This document shows, one piece after another, positions 37,880 to 50,279 of a stretch of 64,000 nucleotides of DNA. Location of the stretch: the NCBI RefSeq assembly GCF_035084215.1, contig NC_090340.1:4216001-4280000 (forward strand). Direction: 5' to 3'. The position numbers and the translations under genes are program-made. The notes under the pieces were generated by a model that was not told where the DNA came from, did not search any database, and was given only the letters and a program-made list of their open reading frames with translations. Numbering within the stretch: position 1 is the first letter of the stretch; each line of letters starts with the position of its first letter. This DNA is from Heptranchias perlo (lineage: Eukaryota).

Positions 37880-39230
37880 TGACCCAGAAAAATTTCAGTG
37901 CATAAAGTCAAAGCACATACTAAGAATGAGCCTCTATTGGAGGGAATCAGAAAACAGACGAATTGGCGAAGAAACGAGGAGAGGAGGGAATGGAATGGGA
38001 TCCCGTTGAAATGTTTCCCCCAATGGAAACTAATCAGACTGAGAAATTACCCGACCCAATCGATTTGCAACAATTACAAAAAGAAGATCCCGAAATAAAG
38101 GCAGTCGTGGTGATGCTAGAAAATAAAGAAAGCCAAAGGGGAGAATATGTTAATCAGCCAAATTAAAGGTGAGAGATGGGATCCTGCTTTATGAACAAAA
38201 GTGGGTGGGACCACAGAATGGGCGCAATGCTTTTCTTTACCAAGCCCATGAGGGACCCACTCCAGGACACCCCAGCCCACGGGGAACGTTAGAAAGGCTC
38301 CAGCAAGTAGCATGATGGTCAAGAATGAAAAGCCAGGTATAGCATTATTGTCACAACTGCTTAATTTGTGTACAATACAACCCAAATGCGAACACCAAGA
38401 AGGCACTTTTGTGGCACACTTGGTCAACAGCAGACCCTTGAACAGACGTACAAATCTATTATTTTGGGCCCACTCCCCCTTCTGTTCGAGGTAATCGGTA
38501 CGTATTGGTGGTAGTTAACACATTCTCAAAGTGGGTTGAAGCATTTCAAATCCCCAATGGAAGAGCACAGGCCACTGCTAAAATACTGGTGAACCACGTA
38601 TTCACCCAATGGGGACTCCTAAAGAGCCTCGACCCGGACCAGGGTGGTCATTTTAGGGGGAGTTGCTAGGAATCAATACATGATGCCATATTTCACATAA
38701 TCCTACCTCATCAGGCATAATGCAGAGAATGAATCAAACATTAAAAGACAATGCTGAAGAAGTTGATTGAACAATCCCGCAAAACATGGGACCAATTGCT
38801 GCCCTTGGCGTTATTGGCTATGCGATCCATTGAGTCAGGTACCACCAAGACTTTGCCCCATGAGTTAATGACAGGGAGAGTGATGAGAACTCCAGAACAT
38901 TTAATGTATCAGGATATGTCTGATCTGCAGTATCTGGTCTTTACTCAGGAGCGGTATGTTCACCAATTACGTGACCAGCTGCAACAGACAATGGTCTTTG
39001 CAGCCGTTAATATTGGAATAAAAGCCAACAAAATGTATTTTGACACCAAATTCAAAGCAGTAGAATGGGATGTGGGACAGACAGTGATGGTAAAAACATA
39101 TCAATCAGCAGGGCCATTCACAGCTAACGTTTCTGGAACATAATCCATTGTGGAAAGAGCCAGTCCATCTGTGTACAAAGTAGCTCTGAAAAAGGGAAAA
39201 GAAAATGGTTCCTTGTCGACTAACTAAAAG
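37880..39230 (+). pseudogene. RNase H C-terminus + integrase
   Basis: HKVKAHTK..GNQKTDELAK; AHE..GH...CLIC; GPLP..GNRYVLVVVNTFSKWVEAF; DPDQGGHF; SSGIMQRMNQTLK; WDQLLPLALLAMRS; GPF..IVERASPSVYKV. Confidence 0.92.
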
Positions 39231-39600
39231 AGTAAAAGGGAGATGTACATGGGGTAAACAACCCAAAGGAGGAAGAGATTGCTCACCTCCATCTTATGCT
39301 ATGGGACGAGGAGGGTGACAACATATTACACCCACCTGTGGTAGGACAGAGAGCCCCTAGTCATAGGCGACTGAGACAAAGGCCAGTCCATTCCCCTGAG
39401 AGGTACTCTCCTCCATGGGATTACAGACAAAGATGGTTACTATTGTTAAGTGGCAATTGGAGATTTACATGAAACTGAATAAAATGTATTAACAAATAGC
39501 AGACATTACCCATAGATTTTGTTTTCTCCTATGTCCTGACTTGATATCAACATCGGGAAAACGAAACGAAACATCAATAAGAATGAAATGACTATTTGTC

Positions 39601-40050
39601 ATGTTAATATGTATGTTAATATTATGTGTAAAAGGATTTCAACTAAAAAGTGAAGAATGTAGCATAACGGCATACCAAGGTAGTGAGGATAAAGGGCAGA
39701 CTCGAGCAATACCATGGAATAGAACAAAGACATGGCTCGGATCCTTATGGCTCGACCAGGAAGGAACACGGGTCGGATTACATTGTAGGTACAAAATAGA
39801 ACATAACACCAAACAACATCCCCTGATCTGGTGGAAGAAGGAAATGGATGACTCGGGGCATGTGATCACACTACGCCCTCTTAATGAAAAGGTGGGACAA
39901 TTGCGGGGGGGGGGGGTGGGGGCGGGGGTTGGTGGTGGCTACTCTGTGGAAACCACCCCTGAAAAGAAGGATAGTGTAGAAAATGATTTAATTTGGCTGG
40001 CATTTAAACAAAGATTTTGCCCAGAGAAATGCAGGTCGGGATCTGGTTGA
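39601..40050 (+). pseudogene. Env-position ORF with signal peptide and possible Ig-like domain
   Basis: MLICMLILCVKG hydrophobic leader, NRT sequon, VGLHCRY...PLIWWKK spacing; truncated. Confidence 0.5.
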
Positions 40051-40848
40051 GACTTGGCCCCTGCACATTCAAGAACACTTGATTAATTTTGTCTGGGACA
40101 ATGTGACAACCACCCCAATCACCAACAGTAGGGGGCCCACAGTAGAAAAAGGCGAAAATTGGTGCAATGAAGGTACACTAGTTTGATTCCTGGGATGTGC
40201 AAGGATTTTAGACATTGGGTCAGATCCCATTTTACTCTTTTGAACTGCTGGACGATTCAGCGTAAATGGTTAATAGTTCCTTTAAGCATTTGGATATTCA
40301 CTTGGACAGTACATTTATAGTACATGTGAATGCAAGGGTTAACTCGCCCCTTGACATTGCCTTTGAACATTTTGACAGTATAAAGTTACAACTGCAAAGA
40401 CAGCAAACTGCAGTCAGTTTACACCGGACATTTAGACATCAGTTTAAACTGCAAAAGCAGCAGAGTACAGAAATATCAACAAACTGCGGTTGTCAATATC
40501 TTCTGATCAGCACTAAAGACACAAGCTTTATGTCACGTTCCAGACACATCAAGAGACTTTGAGACAGTTTGAACCGGGTGTTTGGTTCTCACCGTAAATG
40601 CAAAGGACTAGAAGCTTCGAGAAAGTTCTACCGACATCAGTTCTCAGGACATGCTCAAAATAAAGGAGCTCCTAATTGCACCTGGATCCACACGGAGAAG
40701 AAGATACAATGGATTCACACTGTTGTTGAGTAGGTCAAATAACCAGACATCATGAATGCAAATTTGGGTGAGTGGCCAAACGGGGTCTTCTCATAACTTG
40801 GAGCACACCCTATTAGTCAAAAAAGCATACAAAGATAGGACATCGTAT

Positions 40849-41327
40849 AAGCTTCAACAGTCAACACTTGCAGGAGCAACAGTTGCATAATTACTGCGGT
40901 ATGAGCTCCTCCATCAATGAGCACTTCCAAACTTTGCTTCTGAACTTTGACAAAAAGACTTTGGTTCTGAACTTTGACAAAAAGAGAAACCTTGATGAGA
41001 AAACACAGAAACTCGACACATCATTCCACACATCATTCAACACATCATTCAACCTGTTACCTCATCGATGGACACCCTACTTTTAGACAGCTGCCTTGAT
41101 GTTTTATCGAGGTTGTTTGTATTATTTGCTTGTTTTGATTTATGCCTGCTTGTGGGAATCGGGTAGAGTAATCCACTTATTGATTGAGTTGTTTCATGCT
41201 TATGTACGCCTTTTTAATTCATTAAATAATCACTTTGATGAAAGAAAAAAACACGTAATCGTGTAATTTTTTATCTAAACAATTGTCCAGGCTCACGAAT
41301 CTCCGGAAAGACAAAAACTTCCCTACA
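40849..41327 (+). repeat. 3' LTR of ERV-like element
   Basis: Collinear with 35222-35747; ends 'ccctaca'. Confidence 0.8.
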
Positions 41328-41785
41328 AATGAGAGGGTTGTCCCATGAAGAGAGAAGGAGTTTAATCGGTCTTTTTTCTCTGGAGCTGAGAAGAATAAGA
41401 GGTGATCTCATTGAAACGTTTAAAATTCTTAAAGGGCTGGACAAGGTAGATGCTGAGAGTCTGTTTGCCCTGGCAGGAGAGTGTAGAACTAGGTGGCATA
41501 TTCTCAAGATAAGGGCCGACCATTTACGACCACGATGAGGAAGAATTTCTTCATTCAGAGGGTCGTGAAACTTTAATATTTTCTACCCCAGAGGACCGTG
41601 GATATTCAGTCGTTGTGTCGATTCTGAAATCGATAGATTTTTGGACACTAAGGGAATCAAAGGATATGGGGATAGAGGGGGAAAGTGGAGCCGAGGTAGA
41701 AGATCAGCCATGACCTTATTGAATAGCGGAGCCGGCTAGAGGGGCGGAATGGCCTCCTTCTGCTCTTATTTCTTATGTTCCTCTG
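41328..41785 (+). mobile_element. CR1 3' fragment
   Basis: MRGLSHEERRSLIGLFSLELRRIRGDL and a 3'UTR ending 'ttcttatgttc'. Confidence 0.9.
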
Positions 41786-41889
41786 ATGGGAGACGTTTTC
41801 CTTTTTGATCCATTTTACAAATCCGCAAATAAAAACACTCTTTAAACGTAAAAGTTTTGAATTAATTGTACGCCACAACCAAAAATGAT

Positions 41890-42174
41890 GGGACCAAATA
41901 ATGCAGATTTAAAGTTAACGGTGGCTGCCAATATCTGTAACACATGTATATACAACCGCGCTCTGGGCTGGCTGTGTCGCTTTCAAACTGCTGGGAACTT
42001 CATACATTCCCTCCGAATTCAGCTTTTTAATGGTGCTGATCCCAGTCACAATGTTGATGTCATTTTTATACAAAGTGAAGTTGAGAGATTCTGGATAGAA
42101 CACAGCAACACAAGAATAAGAGCAGGTGAGTTAGTTCCGGACACTTGGGGACCAGACTCACGTGTTGTGGGTAG
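41890..42174 (-). pseudogene. Ig C1-set exon of SIRP-like receptor pseudogene
   Basis: Acceptor 'ttattctctaacctgttccacag|' (phase 1); SCVAVFYPESLNFTLYKNDINIVTGISTIKKLNSEGMYEVPSSLK...VYTCV (C..FYP, G.Y...S.L, YTC); two in-frame stops; core Trp lost. Confidence 0.8.
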
Positions 42175-43171
42175 CTGTGGAACAGGTTAGAGAATAAACT
42201 GAATGTTTGGACTCTGCGAATTTAGTCCCGTTTGGCACTCAGTCTTCTTGAATATAACGTCGAGACTCTCAGTTACAGGTTCGTTGAATCCAATTCACAC
42301 TTTGCTCAACAATTTGAAATAAGATTTTTCCTCTAGACTAAAGTGCGGATGATTCACAACCGTCTAGCTGCAAACAGGAGAATGTATTTCAGTGCGAGTA
42401 AAAGTTCATGCCGTCGCTGCTTTGTGCTTAGTCCATGGAAAGAATTAGATTTATATTTCAACTCAGCGGCATTTTGCTCTGTTTTATTATTGGGCAGCTT
42501 TTAATAAATAGGCAAAACTTATTCAGGTAATATTAATTCAAACTGCTCATGTTAAGATTTGCAAATTTGGAACAAAGGGGCACAATTATTACCGTCCAGA
42601 TAAGCGGTACTTTAATCCCGGGTTTATAATCGGGGCCGGAAAAAACATTTTGTCAAAAATTGTGAAGAGAGAAAAAACAAACTTGCTGGAAGTTTGGTTC
42701 TGTTGAAATGGCGGGAAGAGAAGTTTGAGAGGATCATCGATGGAGCTGAATGAGGAAAGTGGCTGGATGTCCAGTGACAACATCTTCCATCCTGACACAT
42801 AGCAGACTGGAAATATATTATCACTGTCAAGAGCCCCCCTCACATTCTTGCTTGTTAAAGTTACAATTCAAATCGAGAGTCACGGTCGGGCCTCAATCCA
42901 CGAAGCAGCGCGTGAGATCCCTTTGAGAAGCCTGGCGCTCACTGATTGGTTCGAAACCCATGCCGTATAACTCCGGTCTGGTGTCAAATCTAGTTTTCAA
43001 AATTGATCAAAGTGTCACTTGGACCACACTGTAAACTTACTTGTAGTTTATTCAACTGTGACTAAATTATAGACCCTCGTCTCTCCTCTCTAAATATTTA
43101 ACCATGTACAGAGCTTCCCTCCGCCCCCTCCCCCCACGCAAACACAGACAGACAGACACAGGAGAATTATA

Positions 43172-43660
43172 CATCACACCTACATTCAGTTCTGGGCACC
43201 GCACTTCAGGAAGGGCATATTGGCCTTGGAAGGGGTGCAGCACAAATTCACCACAATGATACCCGGACTAAAGGAGTTAAGTTGTGAGGACAGGTTGCAT
43301 AGACTAGACATGTATTTCCTTGAGTATAGAAAGTTAAGGGGTGATCTAATTGAGGTGTTTAAGATGATTGAGTTATTTATAAGGTAGATAGAGAGAAACA
43401 ATTTCCTCCGGTAGGGGAATCCAGAACGATTCTGTACACGCAGGGAAAAGGACATCTGGAACTTACTCCGCCCAAAGGCTGTTGAAGCAAGGTCAACTGA
43501 AAATTTTAAAACTGAGATTGACAGATTTCTGTTAGGTGAGGTTATTAAGATGAATGGAACTCAGGAGGGCAAATAGAATTAAGATACAGATTCAGCATGA
43601 TCGAATTGAAAGGCGGAACTGTCTAGAGCAGCTGAATGACTTATTCCTGTTCCCACGGTC
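43172..43660 (+). mobile_element. CR1 3' fragment
   Basis: QFWAPHFRKGILALEGVQHKFT...RKLRGDLIEVFK plus 3'UTR. Confidence 0.85.
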
Positions 43661-43802
43661 CGATTTTTGACCCCATTTCCAACAGTCATAAGTGGTTGCT
43701 GAGCAAAAAACATAATTAAGCGCTTCAGAGAGGGTGCAATCTGTACTCCTTATTTATATACACTGCGTAACTTTGCCTGCATCAAGGTTTCCATGAAGTT
43801 CC

Positions 43803-46590
43803 TTTTTATTCGTTCATTGGACGTGGGCGTCGCTGGCGAGGCTGGCATTTATTGACCATTCCTAAATGCCCTTGAGAAGGTGGTGTTGAGCCGCCTTCTT
43901 GAACCGCTGCAGTCCGTGTGGTGAAGGTTCTCCCACAATGCTGTTAGGAAGGGAATTCCAGGATTTCGACCCAGCGACGATGAAGGGACCGCGATATATT
44001 TCCAAGTCGGGATGGTATGTGACTTGGAGGGGAACGTGCAGGTGGTGTTGTTCCCATGTACCTGCTGCTCTTGTCCTGCTAGGTGGTAGAGGTCGCGGGT
44101 TTGGGAGGTGCTGTCGAAGAAGCCTTGGCGAGTTGCTGCAGTGCAGCCTGTGGATGGTACTCACTGCAGCCACAGTGCGCCGGTGGTGAAGGGAGTGAAT
44201 GTTTAGGGTGGTGTATGGGGTGCCAATCAAGCGGGCTGCTTTGTCCTGGATGGTGTCGAGCTTCTTGAGTGTTGTTGGAGCTGCACTCATCCAGGCAAAT
44301 GGAGAATATTCAATCACACTCCTGACTTGTGCCTTGTAGAAGGTGGAAAGGCTTTGGGAGTCAGGAGGTGAGTCACTCACCACAGAATACCCAGCCTCTG
44401 ACCTGCTCTTGTAGCCACAGTATTTATATGGCTGTTCCAGTTAAGCTTCTGGTCAATGGTGACCCCAAGGATGTTGATGATGGGGGATTCGGCGATGGTA
44501 ATTTCATTGAATGTCAAAGGGAGGTGGTTAGACTCTCTCTTGTTGGAGATGGTGATTGCCTGGCACTTGTCAGGCGCGAATGTTACTTGCCACTTATGAG
44601 CCCAAGGCTGGATGTTGTCCAAGTCTTGCTGCATGTGGGCTCGGACTGCTTCATTATTTGAGGGGTTGCGAATGGAACTGAACACTGTGCAATCATCAGC
44701 GAACATCCCCATTTCTGACCTTATGGTGGAGGGAAGATCATTGATGAAACAGCTGAAGATGGTTGGGCCTATGACAATGCCTTGACGAACTCCTGCAGCA
44801 ATGTCCTGGGGCTGAGATGATTGGCCACCAACAACTACCATCTTCCTTTGTGTTGGGTATGACTCCAGCCACTGCAGAGTTTATCCCCTGATTCCAATTG
44901 ATTTCAACTTTACTCGGGGTCCTTGGTGTCACAATCGGTCAAATGCTGCCTTGAAGTCAAGGGCAGTCACTCTCACCTCACTTCTGGAATTCAGCTCTTT
45001 TGTCCATGTTTGGACCAAGGCTGGAGCCGAGTGGTCCTGGCTGAATCCAAACTGAGCATCGGTGAGTAAGTTATTGGTGAGTAAGTGCCGCTTGATAGCA
45101 CTGTCGACTACATCTTCCATCACTTTGCTGATGATTGAGAGTAGACTGATGGGGCGGATTGGAATTGTTCTGCTTTTTGTGGACAGAACATAGCTGGGCA
45201 ATTTTCCACATTGTCGGTTAGATGCAAGTGTTGTAGCTGTACTGGAATAGCTTGCCTAGAGGTGCAGCTAATTCAGGAGCGCAAGCCTTTCGCACGACAG
45301 CCGGGATGTTGTCAGGGCCCATGGCCTATGCTGTATCCAGTGCACTCAGCCGTTTCTTGATATCACTTGGAGTGAATCGAATTGGCTGAAGACTGGCTTC
45401 TGTGATGGAGGGGATATCGAAAGGCGGCCAAGATGGATCATCCACTCGGCACTTATGGCTGAAGGTGGTTGCAAATGCTTCAGCCTTGTCTTTTGCACTC
45501 ACGTGCTTGACTCCGACATCGTTGAGGATGGGGATGTTGACAGAGCCTCCTCCTCCTGTTAGCTGTTTAATTTTCCATCACCATTCACAACTGGATGTGG
45601 CAGGACTGCAGAGGTTTGATCTGATCCGTTGGTTGTGGAATCGCTTAGCTCTTTCCATAGCATGTTGCATCCGCTGTTTAGCATGCATGTAGTCCTGAGT
45701 TGTAGCTTCACCAGGTTGGCACCTTGTTTTTAGGTACGCCTGGTGCTGCTCCTGGCATGCTCTTCTACACTCCTCATTGAACCAGGGTTAATCCCCTGGC
45801 TTGTTGGTAATCGTAGAGTGAGGAATATGCCGGGCCATGAGGTTACAGATTGTGGTGGAATCCTATTCTGTTGCTGCTGATGGCACACAGCGCCTCATGG
45901 ATGCCTAGTTTTGAGCTGCTAGATCTGTTCTGAATCGAACCAATTTAGCACGGTGGTAATGCCACACAACACGTTGGATGATGTCCTCAGTGCGAAGACG
46001 GGACTTCGTCTCCACGAGGACTGTGCAGTGGTCACTCCTACCAATACTGTCATTGACAGATGCATTTGCGACAGGTGGATTGGTGATGACGAGGTCAAGT
46101 AGGTTTTGCCCTCATGTTGGTTCACTCACGACCTGCCGCAGGCCCAGTCCAGCAGCTATGCCTGCTGCCCTTGTACTTCTCGGTGGTAGAAGTCGCGGGT
46201 TTGGGAGTTGCTGACGAAGAAGCTTTGGCGAGTTGCTGCAGTACATCATGTGGATGGTACACACTGCAGCCACAGTGCGCCGATGGTGAAGGGAGTGAAT
46301 GTTTAGAGTGGTGGATAGGGTGCCAATCAAGCGGGATGTTTTGTCCTTGAAGTTGTCGTGCTTCTTGAGTGTTGTTGGAACAGCACTCATCCAGGCAAGT
46401 GGAGAGTATTCCATCATACTCCTGACTTGTGCCTTGTAGATGGTGGAAAGACTTTGGAGAGTCAGGAGGTGAGTCACTCGCTGCAGAATACCAAGCCTCT
46501 GACCTGCTCTTGTAGCCACAGTATTGATATGGCTGGTCCAGTTAACTCTCTGGTCAATGGTGACCCCCAGCATGTTGATGGTGGGGCATT
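43803..46590 (-). mobile_element. Zenon-like LINE (43803-46155) plus an adjacent second 3' fragment (46156-46590)
   Basis: ORFs 43862-44383, 44377-44841 (FADD), 44929-45201 and 46112-46642. Confidence 0.9.
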
Positions 46591-49500
46591 CTATTTTTTT
46601 TATTCGTTCATGGAACGTGGGCGTCACTGGCGAGGCCAGCATTTATTTCCCATTCCGAATTGCTTTTAAATCTCACGGGATCCAAGGTGAGGTAGCCAAT
46701 TGGATACAAAATTGGATTGACGACAGAAGACAGAGGGTGGTTGTAGAGGGTTGTTTTTCAAACTGGATGCCTGTGTCCAGTGGTGTGCCTCAGGGATCGG
46801 TGCTGTGTCCGCTGTTATTTGTTATTTATATTAATAATTTGGATGAGAATTTAGGAGGCATGGTTAGTAAGTTTGCAGATGACACCAAGATTGGTGGCAT
46901 TGTGGACAGTGAAGAAGGTTATCTAGGATTGCAACGGGATCTTGATAAATTGGGCCAGTGGGCCGATGAATGGCAGATGGAGTTTAATTTAGATAAATGT
47001 AAGGTGATGCATTTTGGTAGATCGAATCGGGCCAGGACCTACTCCGTTAATGGTAGGGCGTTGGGGAGAGTTATAGAACAAAAAGATCTAGGAGTACAGG
47101 TTCATAGCTCCTTGAAAGTGGAGTCACAGGTGGATAGGGTGGTGAAGAAGGCATTCGGCATGCTTGGTTTCAATGGTCAGAACATTGAATACAGGAGTTG
47201 GGATGTCTTGTTGAAGTTGTGCAAGACATTAGTAAGGCCACACTTGGAATTCTGTGTACAGTTCTGGTCACCCTATTATAGAAAGGATATTATTAAACTA
47301 GAAAGAGTGCAGAAAAGATTTACTAGGATGCTACCGGGACTTGATGGTTTGAATTATAGCGAGAGGTTAGATCGACTGGGACTTTTTTCCCTGGAGAGTA
47401 GAAGGTTAAGGGGTGATCTTATAAAAGTCTATAAAATAATGAGGGTCATTGATAAGGTAGATAGTCAAAATCTTTTCCCAAAGGTAGGGGAGTCTATAAC
47501 GAGGGGACATAGATTTAAGGTGAGAGGGGAGAGATACAAAAGGTTCCAGAGGGGCAATTTTTTCACTCAAAGGGTGGTGAGTGTCTGGAACTAGCTGCCA
47601 GAGGCAGTAGTAGAGGCGGGTACAATTTTGTTTTTTAAGAAGCATTTGGACAGTTACATGGGTAAGATGGGTATAGCGGGATATGGGCCAAGTGCAGGCA
47701 ATTGGGACTAGCTGAGTGGTATAAACTGGGCGACATGGACATGTTGTCCGAAGTGCCTGTTTCCATGTTGTAACTTCTATGACTCTATGATTCTATGAGC
47801 CGAGTTCTTGAACCGCTGCAGTCCGTGTGGTGAAGGTTCTCCCACAGTGCTGTTATGAAGGGAGTTCCAGCATTTTGAACCAGCGGCAATGAAGGAACAG
47901 CGAAATATTTCCAAGTTGGGCTGGTGTGTGACTTAGAGGGGAACGTGCAGCTGGTGTTGTTCCCATTTGCCTGCTGCCCTTATCGTTCCAGGTGTTAGAG
48001 GCCGCGAGTTTGCAGGTGCTGTCGAAGATGCCTTGGCGAGTTGCTGTAGTGCATCATGTGGATGGTGCACACTGCAGCCACAGTGCGCCGGTGGTGAACG
48101 GAGTAAACGTTTCGGGTGGTGGAGGGATTACCAATCAATCGGGCTGCTTTGTCCTGGATGGTGTCGAGCTTCTTGAGTGTTGTTGGAGCTGCACTCAGCC
48201 AGGCAAGTGGAGAGAATTGCATCACTCTCCTGACTTGTGATTGTAGATGGTGGAAAGGCTTTGGGGAGCCAGGAGGTGAGTCACTCCCCGCAGAATACGC
48301 AGCCTCTGAATTGCTCTTGAACCCACAGTATTTATATGGCTGGTCAAGTTATGTTACTTGTCAATGGTGACCCATAGGATCTTGATGGAGGGTGATTCGG
48401 CGATGGTAGTGCCGTTGAATGTCAAGGGTAGGTGAGTGGACTATCTTTTGTTGCAGATGGTCATTGCCTGGCACTTCTCTGGCGCATGGTAATGCCGTTG
48501 AATGTCAAGTGGAGATTCTCTCTTTTTGGAGGTGGTCATTGCCTGACACTTGTCTGGCGCGAATGTTACTTGCCAGTTATCAGCCGAGGCCTAGATGTTG
48601 TCCAGGTCTTGCTGCATGTGGGCAATGACTGCTTCATTTTCTGAGGGGTTGCGAGTGGAACTGAATACTGTGCAATCATCAGCGAACATCCCCATTTCTG
48701 ACCTTATGATGGAGGGAAGGTCATTGATGAAGCAGCTGAAGATGGTTGGGACTCGGACACTGCCCTGAGGAACACCTGCAGCAATTCCCTCGGGCTGAGA
48801 TGATTGGCCTCCAACAACCATTACCATCTTCCTTTGTGCTAGGTATGACTCCAGCAACTTGAGAATTTTCCCCCTGTTGCACATTGACTTCAATTTTACG
48901 AGGGCTCCTTGGTGCCACACCCTGTCAAATGCTGCCTTGATGTCAAGGGCAGTCACTCTCACTTCAACTCTGGAATTCTGCTCTTTTGTCCATGTTTGGA
49001 CCAAGGCGGTAATGAGATCTGGAGCCGAGTCGTCCTGGCGGATCCCAAACTGAGCATCGGTGAGTAGGTTATTGGTGAGTATGTGCTGCTTGATAGCACT
49101 GTCGACGACACCTTCCATCACTTTGCTAATGATTGAGAGTGGACTGATCGGGCGGTAATTGGCCGAATCTGATTTGTCCTACTTTTTGTGGACAGGACAT
49201 ACCTGGGCAATTTTCCACATTGTCAGGTAGATGCCAGCGTTGTTGCTGTACTGGAACAGTTTGGCTAGAGGCGCGGCTAGTTCTGGAGCACACATCTTCA
49301 GCACTACAACCGGGAAGTTTTCGGGGCCCATATCCTTTGTTGCATCCAGTGCACTCAGCCGTTTCTTGATGTCACGTGGTGTGAATCGAATTGGCTGAAG
49401 ACTGGATTCTGTGATGGTGCGGATATCGGGAGATCGCCGAGATGGAACATCCACTCGGCACTTATGGCTGAAGATGGTTGCAAACGATTCAGCCTTGTCT

Positions 49501-50130
49501 TTTGCACTCACGTGCTGGACTCTGCCATCATTGAGGATGGGTGTGTTCACAGAGCCTCCTCCTCCCTTTATTTGTTTAATTGTCCACGACCATTCACGAC
49601 TGGATGTGGCAGGACTGGAGAGCTTTGATCTGATCGGTTGGTTGTGGAATCGCTTCGCTCTGTCCATAGCATGTTGCTTCTGTTGTTTAGCATGCATGTA
49701 ATCCTGAGTTGTAGCTTCACCAGGTTGGCATCTCATTTTTACGTACGCCTGGTGCTGCTCCTGGCATGCTCTTCTACACTCCTCATTCAAGCAGGGTTGA
49801 TCCCCTGGTTTGTTGGTAATCGTAGAGTGAGGAATATGCCGGGCCATGAGGTTATGGATTGTGGTGGAATACAATTCGGTTGCTGCTGATGGCCCACAGC
49901 GCCTCATCGATGCCCAGTTTTGAGCTGCTAGATCTGTTCTTAATCTATCCCATTTAGCACGGTGGTCGTGCCATACGACACGTTGGATGGTGTACTTAGT
50001 GCGAAGACGGGACTTCGTCTCCACAAGGACTGTGCGGTGGTCACTCCCACCATTTCTGTTATGGACAGATGCATCTGCGAATTTAGATTTGTGAGTCGAG
50101 GTCAAGTAGGTTTTTCCCTCGTGTTGGTTT
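46591..50130 (-). mobile_element. Zenon-like LINE interrupted by CR1
   Basis: 3' tail at 46591-46665, resuming at about 47798; ORFs 48591-49121 and 49179-50204 (GGSDHRTV). Confidence 0.9.
46667..47797 (+). mobile_element. 5'-truncated CR1
   Basis: Open RT C-terminal half ([20 protein letters not shown]); tail (tctatga)n. Confidence 0.95.
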
Positions 50131-50279
50131 CGCTTCAGTCCAGATATTGGTGGGGCGGAAACTTTTATCACACAATTCTGCAGAAGTTGCTCTGAATTTT
50201 CCATCTGTCGACCCTAAGTTGCACTGACGAGGACATTCTATTTTCATTTGATAAGTTCAAACGGTTGAGTGTCCCCAAC

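Larger units (their letters stand above)
35211..41327 (+). mobile_element. Decayed endogenous retrovirus-like element (LTR-gag-partial pol-third ORF-LTR)
   Basis: Homologous LTRs (about 35211-35747 and 40849-41327), tRNA-Lys PBS, RNase H and integrase motifs; no RT recognised. Confidence 0.88.

Noticed and set aside
46524-47594. 356-aa ORF as a novel RT gene
   Set aside because: Fortuitous read-through from antisense LINE sequence into a truncated CR1 RT
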